From positions 16,924 to 80,923 of the forward strand of contig CAZEED010000002.1 of NCBI GenBank assembly GCA_964510945.1: a DNA stretch of 64,000 bases. The letters are read 5' to 3'. Made by a program: the position numbers and the translations under genes. The notes beneath the pieces were generated by a model. The model was given only the letters and a program-made list of their open reading frames with translations. It did no database searches and had not been told where the DNA came from. Source of the DNA: an uncultured Candidatus Saccharibacteria bacterium (GTDB lineage Bacteria > Patescibacteriota > Saccharimonadia > Saccharimonadales > JAGQNJ01). Of this stretch, positions 7,702-16,727 are shown piece after piece (position 1 is the stretch's first letter; the number at the start of each line of letters is the position of its first letter).

Positions 7702-9390
7702 ATGCACACAAATATATTTGTAGAAATTTCAGCCTTACTAGTTTTTAGCGCACTTGTCAGCATAGTCATCCGAGCTTTAAGACAACCGATGATTATTGGT
7801 TACATTCTGACCGGCTTGATTGTCGGGCCCTCAGTTCTGGGACTAGTAAAGTCACCAGAAACCATTGATGTGCTAGGAAGTTTTGGTATCGCCCTACTAC
7901 TTTTTATCGTAGGCCTGGGCTTGAACCCACGAGTCATAAAAGAAGTTGGTAAAGTTTCGATTATTACTGGGCTTGTCCAAGTATCCTTCACAACAGTTGC
8001 GGGATTTTATCTTGTCTCAAGTCTAGGCTACGATAAGATCGAATCAATATATATTGGCTTAGCCTTGGCATTTAGTAGCACAATTATCGTCTTGAAGCTG
8101 TTAAACGACAAACGCGAGCAAAATAAGCTCCACGGCAAAATCGCTGTAGGATTTTTATTAGTCCAGGATCTAATTGCTGCCTTTGCCTTAGTAGTAGCCT
8201 CAGCCAGCGGCAGTGGTAGCCTTAGCTATGAAAACGCTCTGAGCTTAGGAGCAAAAGGTTTAGTACTAGGCGCAAGTGTTTTCTTGGTTGCATATTTAGT
8301 CCTAAAGCCAATGACCAACTTTTTGGCGCGATCACAAGAACTTTTATTTTTATTTGCAATCGCCTGGGGTTTTGGAATAGCAACGTTATTTTACGAGGCT
8401 GGCTTTTCATTAGAAATCGGGGCGCTGCTTGCTGGAGTCTCTCTATCCACGATGACTTATGCGCAAGAAGTCGGTACCAGACTTCGCCCATTACGTGATT
8501 TTTTTATAGTGGTGTTTTTTATCGCACTCGGCGCCAAATTAGATATCAATAGCATTGGCAGTCAAATGTGGGATGCCATAATTTTGTCACTTTTTGTATT
8601 GATTGGCACTCCTCTAGTGATTATGACGATAATGGGAATCCTCGGTTACACTAAAAAAACTAGCTTTAAATTTGGCTTAGCTGTTGCACAGATCAGTGAG
8701 TTCTCTTTAATACTGATGCTACTAGCACTTAACAGCGGACAAGTTAGCCAAACAGCTGTTACTCTCGTCACCGTTATTGGCATTATTACGATAGCCGTAT
8801 CATCTTATCTGATCACTTATTCTGATGGAATATACCGGTTCCTAGAAAACTACCTCAGGCTATTTGAACGAAAGAAAGTAAAGAAAGAGGTCGAGCGACA
8901 TCACAAATACGATGCAGTGCTTTTTGGCTATCGTCACGGCGGTAGTGAATTTGTAAAAGTTTTTGGTAACATTGCTAAAAACTACGTTGTAGTTGACTAT
9001 GACCCCGAAGCAATCGATAGAATGGAGCGTCAAAATATCCCTTATCTTTACGGCGATGCTACGGACCCAGAAATGCTAGACGAGATCAACTTGGAACACA
9101 CCAAGATAGTAGTATCTATGATTACAGACTATCGGAGTAACGTGTTATTGCTCGAAGCATTAGACAAGATTAACCCAAATGTAGTAATGATTTGTCATGC
9201 CGAAAACATCAAAGATGCAGTTGATCTTTATGGACTTGGCGCCAGCTACGTTGTCATGCCGCATCTTGTTGGCAATCAAAAGATTAGTTCGTTCTTGAAG
9301 AAAAATGGATTCAACAAATCAGAATTTAAAAAATACAAAAATAACCATCTGAGCTATCTTCAAGCTCACTTCGAAGAAGCGCTAGAATAA
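7702..9390 (+). CDS. cation:proton antiporter (Kef/CPA2-like) with C-terminal TrkA-N/RCK-like domain
   Basis: About 12 TM helices with the CPA2-like N-terminus QPMIIGYILTGLIVGPSVLG. The soluble C-terminal domain (DAVLFGYRHGGSEFVKVF...VVDYDPE) resembles a Rossmann/RCK domain. Confidence 0.8.
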   Translation: MHTNIFVEISALLVFSALVSIVIRALRQPMIIGYILTGLIVGPSVLGLVKSPETIDVLGSFGIALLLFIVGLGLNPRVIKEVGKVSIITGLVQVSFTTVAGFYLVSSLGYDKIESIYIGLALAFSSTIIVLKLLNDKREQNKLHGKIAVGFLLVQDLIAAFALVVASASGSGSLSYENALSLGAKGLVLGASVFLVAYLVLKPMTNFLARSQELLFLFAIAWGFGIATLFYEAGFSLEIGALLAGVSLSTMTYAQEVGTRLRPLRDFFIVVFFIALGAKLDINSIGSQMWDAIILSLFVLIGTPLVIMTIMGILGYTKKTSFKFGLAVAQISEFSLILMLLALNSGQVSQTAVTLVTVIGIITIAVSSYLITYSDGIYRFLENYLRLFERKKVKKEVERHHKYDAVLFGYRHGGSEFVKVFGNIAKNYVVVDYDPEAIDRMERQNIPYLYGDATDPEMLDEINLEHTKIVVSMITDYRSNVLLLEALDKINPNVVMICHAENIKDAVDLYGLGASYVVMPHLVGNQKISSFLKKNGFNKSEFKKYKNNHLSYLQAHFEEALE

Positions 9391-9965
9391 AGATTATTGT
9401 CAATAATATATTCTTGGACTAACAGGGCGAGATAATCTTCGGCATGAGGCAAAGCATTTTTTGCAACCGATGAAGACACAGTCGACCATACCGTTGGTAA
9501 AACAACGTAGCGAGCACCATAATTTGAAGTTAGTTTTTCTAGTTTATTCTCAACATCATGTCTGTCAGCGTTATCACGAAGTACAACACAAAGATGAAAG
9601 TTATTCAAAAGCTTCTCTAATCCCTTCCAACTTTCTATGTGTTCCAATATATCTGATCCAAAAATATACCAATATTCGGCCATCGGATCTTGTTCTCGTA
9701 AATATTCCAATGTATTTTCGGTAGTGATATTGTCAGTTTTTAAATCTATTGGGGTAATTGACGGACTTTCTTTTGTTGCTAAATCCATCATCTTTAGCCT
9801 ATCTTGGTGAGGCGCAACCAGCTGTTTTCTATGTGGCGATCTTTCCAGTAACAGATAGACTTTGTCCAAAGCACATTTTGCCATCGCCGATCGGCACGCC
9901 TCAACATGTCCAAAATGGATTGGATCAAACGTTCCGCTAAAAACTCCGAGTCTCTTTTTGTTCAA
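9366..9965 (-). CDS. nadD: nicotinate-nucleotide adenylyltransferase
   Basis: GVFSGTFDPIHFGHV (HxGH nucleotidyltransferase motif) and a C-terminal VSSSVAKN-type motif. The 3' end overlaps the convergent antiporter gene by 25 nt. Confidence 0.85.
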   Translation of the reverse strand: MNKKRLGVFSGTFDPIHFGHVEACRSAMAKCALDKVYLLLERSPHRKQLVAPHQDRLKMMDLATKESPSITPIDLKTDNITTENTLEYLREQDPMAEYWYIFGSDILEHIESWKGLEKLLNNFHLCVVLRDNADRHDVENKLEKLTSNYGARYVVLPTVWSTVSSSVAKNALPHAEDYLALLVQEYIIDNNLYSSASSK

Positions 9966-9969
9966 AAAA

Positions 9970-10587
9970 CTAAGTCCTATGAGAATTTGTTATATGCCTT
10001 TTCATTACAACAGAAGCATTGAGTGCAAAATAATATGCGCCGAAAATTATCCCGCTATATACAAAGTCACCTACGAGAGTGTTCCTAAAAAATGGTATAG
10101 CCAAAACGTAGCAATCAATTAATCCAACAACAGTTCTTGGATACATACCGCTCTGAGCCCATACAGCAAAATTCGTAACAACAAAGAATATTACCGATCC
10201 CAAGAAAGAGTACGCAAATACTTTAAATGCCGTGACTTTTTTTAAACCATAACTAGCAACTAGTGCCATTAACACAAACGAACCCCAAGTAACAAGAACC
10301 AAATCATGCATCCCAATAAAAACATCCGAGATGACCATAGCAAGTAACGGCAGGGTCAGAGCCAAACGCCTAGGCAAAATCGCCCCACTAAAAAGTGCTA
10401 TAGCTGCAATCGGCGCAAAGTTAGGTGGATGAGGCAATGCCCTGCTGATCACAGCAAATGCAATCAAACCAAGTGCAATTAATATTCGATCTTTATTATC
10501 GGATGTCAGTTTATTCCAAACGCCACTCAATTTTTTCTCCTGTCTTCGTCTTATATTCGCCTGCTCCCACTGTTGCAGCTTTTCCAT
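9970..10587 (-). CDS. polytopic membrane protein, putative vitamin/cobalamin transport component (DUF6580/ECF-S-like); start uncertain
   Basis: HPPNFAPIAAIALFSGA motif and 5-6 TM helices, downstream of the riboswitch-controlled DUF4430 gene. The ORF-track start overlaps the upstream gene by 77 nt. An in-frame TTG at 10530 would reduce the overlap to 20 nt. Confidence 0.6.
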   Translation of the reverse strand: MEKLQQWEQANIRRRQEKKLSGVWNKLTSDNKDRILIALGLIAFAVISRALPHPPNFAPIAAIALFSGAILPRRLALTLPLLAMVISDVFIGMHDLVLVTWGSFVLMALVASYGLKKVTAFKVFAYSFLGSVIFFVVTNFAVWAQSGMYPRTVVGLIDCYVLAIPFFRNTLVGDFVYSGIIFGAYYFALNASVVMKRHITNSHRT

Positions 10588-10897
10588 CTACATAGTATAG
10601 CCAGTATTTACTTCCGTTACCATCCTCTCCATTGATACTAACAACATACTCTCCTAGGGATGGATCGTTTTCTGTAACAACCGTGGCATTTGATTTTAAT
10701 AATTCTAAGGCTGTTTTTCCTGTCACGCCGTCATAGGTGACATTATCTGTTTTTTGTTTTTCAACAACAGAAGTTGAAGTCTGAGTATTCTCAGTTTTTT
10801 TGTCGCTATTATTTTGCCACGCAACTACTCCACCCGCCACGCCAATAGTTATAACCGCAGCTGTAACAATTGATACTATTTTTTTATTTGCCTTCAC
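10511..10897 (-). CDS. DUF4430 (transcobalamin-like) domain protein, membrane-anchored
   Basis: GTG start preceded by GAGGAGG. N-terminal TM anchor. TALELLKSNATVVTEN...GEYVVSINGEDGNGSKYWLYYVDGKAATVGAGEYKTKTGEKIEWR is the typical DUF4430 pattern. A cobalamin riboswitch lies directly upstream. Confidence 0.7.
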   Translation of the reverse strand: MKANKKIVSIVTAAVITIGVAGGVVAWQNNSDKKTENTQTSTSVVEKQKTDNVTYDGVTGKTALELLKSNATVVTENDPSLGEYVVSINGEDGNGSKYWLYYVDGKAATVGAGEYKTKTGEKIEWRLE

Positions 10898-10911
10898 ATT
10901 TACCTCCTCGT

Positions 10912-10947
10912 AAATATAAAAACCCTTCTTGCTATAGCAGAAGGGTT
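10912..10947 (-). terminator. intrinsic terminator (riboswitch expression platform)
   Basis: Minus strand AACCCTTCT-GCTATAGCA-AGAAGGGTT hairpin (10947-10921) followed by TTTATATTT, between the aptamer and the RBS. Confidence 0.6.
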
Positions 10948-10989
10948 AAAAATACAAGTATTTATTATTTACTTCTGCTCGGAAGAATT

Positions 10990-11075
10990 TTTATAGCTGT
11001 ATCGGACTTATCCTAAACATTAGGCTTACCGTTGCGGCACAGTTCTCGAATTGCACGAGATTCCAGCATCTTTAA
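10990..11075 (-). promoter_or_regulatory. cobalamin (B12) riboswitch aptamer
   Basis: Minus strand GAUGCUGGAAUCUCGUGCAAUUCGAGAACUGUGCCGCAACGGUAAGCCUAAUGUUUAGGAUAAGUCCGAUACAGC. GGAA...GUGNNAAUUC...CUGNGCCGCAACNGUAA matches the conserved core. AAGUCCGAUACAGC is B12-box-like. Local hairpins are UCUCG/CGAGA and CCUAA/UUAGG. Confidence 0.65.
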
Positions 11076-11105
11076 TTATTAATGTGGATTTAGAATATCA
11101 CGATT

Positions 11106-11912
11106 TTAAAAAAATGCGATAAGTAAAATTAACACTCCTAGGGCTATTCGATAATATGCAAAGATATCTAAGGTATGTTTCGCTAAAAACTTTAACAGGA
11201 ATTTGATCGCAATTATCCCGCTCACAAAAGCTGAGACAATACCTACGAAAAATAAAGTAGTTTGAGAATTAATCGTACCCAGTGCCGATTTTGTTAGAAG
11301 AGTATCGGCAATTGCCCCGAACATTATCGGTATGCCTAGCAAGAACGAAAAGCGAGTTGCGGCCACTCTATCCATTCCGGCAAAAAGCCCGGTTGTTATT
11401 GTCGCTCCAGATCGTGAAACGCCCGGTATGATCGCCATTGCCTGCGCAAAACCAATCGCTAAAGCCTGTTTTTTCGTCACAGACTCTAGATCTGATTTGT
11501 TTTTAAGATTTTTTGCGTACCTCTCAGAAAAAAGCATAACAAGCCCCATAATTATTAGTGTTGTGGCAACGAGACTTGAAGACCTAAAAGTAGATTCAGC
11601 AGAATCTTTTAATAGATATCCGAAAATTGCTGCAGGAATAGTAGCCAAAATTAATAGCCAAGCTAATTTATATTGCTTGGCTTTTTTGTTAAATACAGCT
11701 CTCGCAAGGACAAAAATTTCTTTTCGGAAATAAATCAAAAGTGCGCTTAGTGTACCGATATTTAAGGCCATGTCAAACAAAAAACTAGCTTGAGCCGTCT
11801 CGTTTACACCAAGCCACTGATGAAATAATATTAAGTGTCCAGAACTTGAAACCGGTATAAATTCAGTAAGCCCCTGCACAATCCCAAGGATAATTGCCTG
11901 AATAACTGTCAT
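11106..11912 (-). CDS. uppP: undecaprenyl-diphosphate phosphatase
   Basis: GIVQGLTEFIPVSSSGHLIL and PGVSRSGATITTGL are BacA/UppP signature motifs. 8 TM helices. Confidence 0.9.
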   Translation of the reverse strand: MTVIQAIILGIVQGLTEFIPVSSSGHLILFHQWLGVNETAQASFLFDMALNIGTLSALLIYFRKEIFVLARAVFNKKAKQYKLAWLLILATIPAAIFGYLLKDSAESTFRSSSLVATTLIIMGLVMLFSERYAKNLKNKSDLESVTKKQALAIGFAQAMAIIPGVSRSGATITTGLFAGMDRVAATRFSFLLGIPIMFGAIADTLLTKSALGTINSQTTLFFVGIVSAFVSGIIAIKFLLKFLAKHTLDIFAYYRIALGVLILLIAFF

Positions 11913-12374
11913 TTATTTATCTCCTTGTTTTAGTTTCAATTTACCGAGTCTGGGCATAAAACTGCTCGATGCACCCTCTAATCCTAACACCTTCAATGCC
12001 CCCGTCAGCACATATAACTCATCAATGCTACTTTGTAATGGCGCACTGTCTTGCTCAACTTTTGAAAAATAATAATCTACTTTTTCGACTAACCACTTTT
12101 CCTGAGCCTCAGTAATTTTTCCAGATTTAATCGGTTTGATGTCTGCCTGATCAACAATCTCTAACGAACGCGCAGATCTATCACGTTTTTGTAAATGTCC
12201 TCTGTTAATCAGACTATTAACATGTAGAGCTACTGTCGCTACAGAAGTATAATTACAGCCCGTCATGATCTCTCGATAGCTAGGACTATAGCCATGCGAT
12301 TTTATAAATTCATCAATAAACATCAGGGTTTGTTGCTGCTTCTTTGTAGGCCTTATTTTCTTTTCTTCACTCAT
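11913..12374 (-). CDS. LexA-N-terminal-type winged-helix DNA-binding protein lacking the S24 peptidase domain
   Basis: TKKQQQTLMFIDEFIKSHGYSPSYREIMTGCNYTSVATVALHVNSLINRGHLQK resembles the LexA DNA-binding domain. The C-terminal 70 aa have no Ser/Lys dyad region (no S24-like motifs). Confidence 0.7.
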   Translation of the reverse strand: MSEEKKIRPTKKQQQTLMFIDEFIKSHGYSPSYREIMTGCNYTSVATVALHVNSLINRGHLQKRDRSARSLEIVDQADIKPIKSGKITEAQEKWLVEKVDYYFSKVEQDSAPLQSSIDELYVLTGALKVLGLEGASSSFMPRLGKLKLKQGDK

Positions 12375-12817
12375 GCATGTGCTCGATTTACTTTATGTTC
12401 CCCACCAAAAACCCAGTATTTAAACCATAGATAATTCCATCCGTAGAAAAACCCAGCCGAAACAAACTGCCCAATATATGGTGATAGACCAAAATTATCT
12501 TTCAAAGTTCTAATAATCAAGTAGTCAATTACAAAATTTGCAATTGTTAAGAAAAAATATCGCTCGGTTACCACCGTCAGTCTTTTGTGTTTGCGATGAT
12601 CGCGAAAAACCCACGTTCGTTCCAATACAAAGTTAACAGTTATACCAGTAATATTGGCGATTAACTTTGCCCACCACAGACTAAGACCCAGCACTTGATC
12701 GCAAACTGCAAACATCGCATATCCGGACCAAAACCAAGCCCCACCAGTGATTGAATACATTATCAATCTATTTATCTCGGACTTTAACGATTTAATTCTT
12801 TGCTTGTTGATAGACAT
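12371..12817 (-). CDS. GtrA-family membrane protein (polyprenyl-phosphate-sugar translocation family)
   Basis: 148 aa, 4 TM helices, ANITGITVNFVLERTWVF and YWVFGG-type GtrA motifs. Confidence 0.75.
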   Translation of the reverse strand: MSINKQRIKSLKSEINRLIMYSITGGAWFWSGYAMFAVCDQVLGLSLWWAKLIANITGITVNFVLERTWVFRDHRKHKRLTVVTERYFFLTIANFVIDYLIIRTLKDNFGLSPYIGQFVSAGFFYGWNYLWFKYWVFGGEHKVNRAHA

Positions 12818-12819
12818 AA

Positions 12820-14163
12820 CTACTTTGGATTAATTATACGCGGTTTATGTAGTATGTGTTCAGAAAGAGCTATGCCCGCCAACCCCCACCATAATAGTGC
12901 TAATGTATCATCCATCCAGGCATGCGAAACCAAATTTATCACTGTAATTCCACAAAATGAGGCAAACGAAATTAATGCTAGATTATCATTACGGCGTTTA
13001 TACAGCTCTGTAGCCACAAAAACATTAATTGCGACTAGCGTAATTAGTCCAAAGATCCCTACTTCCTGAGCTATTTGTATGTAATAATTTTCGGCAATTT
13101 TTGCCGGCCTATTGTTTCTAGCCGAAGCTGGACCGGCGCTTCCCGCACCTTGTCCAAGTGGATGACGATAGACGTCCTTTAGTCCTAGAATAATTCCTGA
13201 TTGTCGATTTTCGTTCGAACTTGTAGCCGAGCGAGATTTTTCATCAGAATGAAAAATAGTATTTTGAACAAAGTCATTATTCTGACCAAAGTATACGAGG
13301 CCCAAGAACAAAAGCATAAGCCCTGTAACTACGTAAAGTAACATTGTCTTAGCGCGTTTGTTTGAGAGCAACAAGTAGCCTAACACCCCTAAGCTAACCG
13401 CCGTTCCAAGCCATGCACTTCTCGAAAAACTAAAGAAAAGCACGACAATACCTAAGCCTAAAAAACTCCAAAGAATAATCTTTTTTTGTCTATCTTTCGT
13501 GGTTATCAAAATTGTAGTTATTGCTGTTAAAATCAAAGTCAAGTAGGCACCAAGCGGATTTGGACCACGAAGCGTAGATTGTAATCTGATGTATGCGGAT
13601 TTGTTGTCGACTGTATGAATAGCCGGGATCGTATACTTTGAATACCCAAAATTAGTTAGAAAATCCTTCGGGAGTATGGTCTTTTGAGCTAACCCAAATA
13701 TAGTCACGATCGTTGCTGGACCAAGTAACACATAAGCCCAATATTTTTTTAAAATGTTTGTTTTGCTTGCCACGATCATCACCACGAAAAAGAATACTAG
13801 ATAGCGGAGATTTGCCAATAAACCATAGATTGTGGCCTCAAGATTAACCGAATGAGCATTATACCCAGCAAACGTTCGCAAGATCGTAATAAGAAAGTAA
13901 ATTAAACTCAGACGAAAAATAACAGATTTAAACAACTGTTTTTGAAGTTTTTTATCTAAAATTACTATGTAGATTACTTTGATAACCAGGACAAAGATTA
14001 GTAATTCTTTCCATGTTCTAAATACATCAATATGGCCAAATACAGAGCCGGCCCAAGTAGTAACGAACGCATGAAACGGCAACATCGCAAGGATAAAAAG
14101 GCAGATCCACCCCATATATTCAATGAGTCTGTTTGTTGATTTTACCGCAGGTTTATCGATCAT
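12820..14163 (-). CDS. O-antigen ligase/polymerase family (Wzy_C-like) membrane protein
   Basis: Polytopic. FFSFSRSAWLGTAVSLG plus a large loop HSDEKSRSATSSNENRQSG...PLGQGAGSAG is typical of the O-antigen ligase family. Start moved to ATG 14163 (MIDKPAV...), since the ORF-track extension overlaps the divergent gene. Confidence 0.7.
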   Translation of the reverse strand: MIDKPAVKSTNRLIEYMGWICLFILAMLPFHAFVTTWAGSVFGHIDVFRTWKELLIFVLVIKVIYIVILDKKLQKQLFKSVIFRLSLIYFLITILRTFAGYNAHSVNLEATIYGLLANLRYLVFFFVVMIVASKTNILKKYWAYVLLGPATIVTIFGLAQKTILPKDFLTNFGYSKYTIPAIHTVDNKSAYIRLQSTLRGPNPLGAYLTLILTAITTILITTKDRQKKIILWSFLGLGIVVLFFSFSRSAWLGTAVSLGVLGYLLLSNKRAKTMLLYVVTGLMLLFLGLVYFGQNNDFVQNTIFHSDEKSRSATSSNENRQSGIILGLKDVYRHPLGQGAGSAGPASARNNRPAKIAENYYIQIAQEVGIFGLITLVAINVFVATELYKRRNDNLALISFASFCGITVINLVSHAWMDDTLALLWWGLAGIALSEHILHKPRIINPK

Positions 14164-14186
14164 AGATGATATGATTAATAGTATAT

Positions 14187-15623
14187 ATGAAGAACAACGC
14201 ATCGTTCCTTTATGGCTTGTTTTTAGTCTTCGCTGATATTGTGTCGTTAATATCAGCATTTGTCCTAGCCTACATCTTCCGAGTATCGCTAACAGATAAA
14301 CCAATCCTTAATCCTGTACCGTCAAGGACCTATTTTGGGATACTTTTAATCCTAATCCCCTTTTGGGTAATTATTTTCGCGTTAATTGGACTTTATAACC
14401 GTAATATTTACGAAAACCGCTTTAGCGAACTTGGCAGACTATTTGTAGGTAGTACCATCGGCACGCTGTTTGTTATTGGTGTAGATTTTTTTGGCAACCA
14501 GACTATATTTCCTGCAAAACTAGTTCCCGTCTATGGCTTTATATTAACTTTTACCATATTGGTAATTATGCGTAACATTGTGCGTTTAGTTAGAAGGGTC
14601 TTATTCTCATACAACTTTGGCATAAGTAATGTACTGATAGTTGGTCGTAACGAAGCAACAAGTGAACTCGTAGACTGGCTGGCTGATCCAAAAGTTTCGG
14701 GCTATAAAATCGTAGGGATTGTTGGTGAAGCTAAAAACGTATCTTGCCCAGCTAAAGTAAAGATATACAAAGACTTCAATAGTGCCATAAAAGCCGTCGG
14801 TGCAAGCAATATTCATAGCATCATGCAGACAGAACTATATAAAGATGTCGTTGATAACAATGAGGTTTTGACTTACGCGCAAAATAATCACATATCGTAT
14901 AGATTCATCCCAGGCAATTCTGAACTCTTTGTCGGGAATATGGATGTAGAGCTGTTCCAATCATCCATCCCAATGATCGCTATTCACCAAACTGCACTTA
15001 TTGGCTGGGGTCGTATAGCCAAAAGAATATTCGATCTAGTAGTCGCTATCTTACTGATTGTTTTGCTGTCACCAATATATCTACTCTGTGCTCTGGCAAT
15101 CTTTATCTTTGATCCGGGCAGTGTAATTTTTAAACAAAAGCGTGTGACTAGGTACAATACGAAATTCACGATATACAAATTTCGTACTCACAAAAAGAAA
15201 TATAGCGGTCTATCGCCTGAACAAGCATTTAAAAAAATGGGCAAGCCAGATCTCGCGACTAAATATAGGGAGAATGGCGATCAACTAGACCATGATCCTC
15301 GGGTGACCAAAGTCGGCCGTTTTTTACGAAGTACCAGTCTGGACGAACTGCCTCAGCTATTTAATGTCTTAAAAGGCGATATCAGTTTAGTCGGACCACG
15401 TGCACTTGTGCCTGAAGAGATTGAAGAAGCCAAAGCCAAGAACAACATTGTCAGTGTCAAATCTGGCATCACAGGGTTTGCACAAATTTCCGGACGAAAG
15501 GATATTCCACCAGAAGAACGACGCAAGTTAGATCTTTATTACGTACAGAATTGGAGTTTTTGGCTCGACATTATTATCCTGATAAAAACTCTGCGAGTTT
15601 TAATTAACGTCCGGAGTTCCTAG
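14187..15623 (+). CDS. polyprenyl glycosylphosphotransferase (WbaP/exopolysaccharide initiating sugar transferase)
   Basis: N-terminal TM bundle plus C-terminal bacterial sugar transferase domain KRIFDLVVAILLIVLLSPIYL...FKQKRVTRYNTKFTIYKFRT...DELPQLFNVLKGDISLVGPR. Confidence 0.85.
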   Translation: MKNNASFLYGLFLVFADIVSLISAFVLAYIFRVSLTDKPILNPVPSRTYFGILLILIPFWVIIFALIGLYNRNIYENRFSELGRLFVGSTIGTLFVIGVDFFGNQTIFPAKLVPVYGFILTFTILVIMRNIVRLVRRVLFSYNFGISNVLIVGRNEATSELVDWLADPKVSGYKIVGIVGEAKNVSCPAKVKIYKDFNSAIKAVGASNIHSIMQTELYKDVVDNNEVLTYAQNNHISYRFIPGNSELFVGNMDVELFQSSIPMIAIHQTALIGWGRIAKRIFDLVVAILLIVLLSPIYLLCALAIFIFDPGSVIFKQKRVTRYNTKFTIYKFRTHKKKYSGLSPEQAFKKMGKPDLATKYRENGDQLDHDPRVTKVGRFLRSTSLDELPQLFNVLKGDISLVGPRALVPEEIEEAKAKNNIVSVKSGITGFAQISGRKDIPPEERRKLDLYYVQNWSFWLDIIILIKTLRVLINVRSS

Positions 15624-15624
15624 T

Positions 15625-16725
15625 TTGAAAGTCGCTATTGTCCACGATTGGTTTTTGGAAGGTGGTGCTGAAAAAGTAGTCCTCGAGCTACACCGCATGT
15701 ACCCCGAGGCACCAATTTATACTTCCTATTGTTCTCCTGCTTGGCGAGAAAAATTAGACAATACTGTCATCACTGGCTATCTACAACACTGGCCATTCTC
15801 AAAATTACGCAAGTTTATCCCATTGCTTCGCCAACGCTGGTTTGAAAATCTAGACTTTTCTGATTACGATTTAGTGATTAGTAGTTCAGGCGCCGAAGCA
15901 AAAGGTATCAAAACGCCAAAAAGTGTAATTCATATTAACTATTGTCATGCCCCCACCCACTATTATTGGAACCGCTATGATGAGTATATAAAGAGTCCGG
16001 GGTTCGGCGTCTTCAATCCCTTGGCCAGACTTGGGCTTAAAGTATTACTACATCCTATGCGCAAATGGGATCTAAAAGCCGCCAAGCGACCAGACTATAT
16101 GATCGCAAATTCAACTTTTACCCATAACCAAATAAAAAAGTATTACCACCGTGATTCGACCGTTATTCACCCACCAGTCGAGATAGATAAATACTTACCC
16201 TCGGTTAACAGCTCACACCCCTCAGCCAGAAACGGTTTTATTATCACTGGACGTCATGTGCCCTACAAGCGATTCGATCTAGCAATAGAAGCCTGCAATC
16301 AACTTCAACTGCCTTTGAAGGTTTTGGGCACCGGCCCAGAAACCAAAAAGCTTAAACGTCTAGTTGGTCCAACTATTAGTTTCAAAGGATACGTCTCAGA
16401 TCAAGAAATCGTAACCCTTCTGCAATCTGCCGAAGCATTCATTTTCCCCGGTCTAGACGACTTCGGTATTGCGCCCGTCGCCGCTATGGCCGCCGGCACA
16501 CCAGTAATCGCTTACAAAGATGGTGGTTCGCTAGATTATATAGTCGAAGGTAAGACGGGACTATTCTTTGACAAACAAACCAGTTCGTCGCTCGAAACAG
16601 CCCTACAAAATTTTAAAAAACATAATTTTAACTCAGAACATATCAAAAATGAAGCGAAAAAATATGACCCTGTCATATTCAGACAAAAAATGCATGCTTA
16701 TATTACTAAAGCTAGGAGTAGTTAA
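15625..16725 (+). CDS. glycosyltransferase family 4
   Basis: TTG start 1 nt after the upstream stop. MKVAIVHDWFLEGGAEKVV N-terminus and FIFPGLDDFGIAPVAAMAAGTPVIAYKDGGSLDYIVEGKTG (E-x7-E-like region). Confidence 0.8.
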   Translation: MKVAIVHDWFLEGGAEKVVLELHRMYPEAPIYTSYCSPAWREKLDNTVITGYLQHWPFSKLRKFIPLLRQRWFENLDFSDYDLVISSSGAEAKGIKTPKSVIHINYCHAPTHYYWNRYDEYIKSPGFGVFNPLARLGLKVLLHPMRKWDLKAAKRPDYMIANSTFTHNQIKKYYHRDSTVIHPPVEIDKYLPSVNSSHPSARNGFIITGRHVPYKRFDLAIEACNQLQLPLKVLGTGPETKKLKRLVGPTISFKGYVSDQEIVTLLQSAEAFIFPGLDDFGIAPVAAMAAGTPVIAYKDGGSLDYIVEGKTGLFFDKQTSSSLETALQNFKKHNFNSEHIKNEAKKYDPVIFRQKMHAYITKARSS

Positions 16726-16727
16726 TT

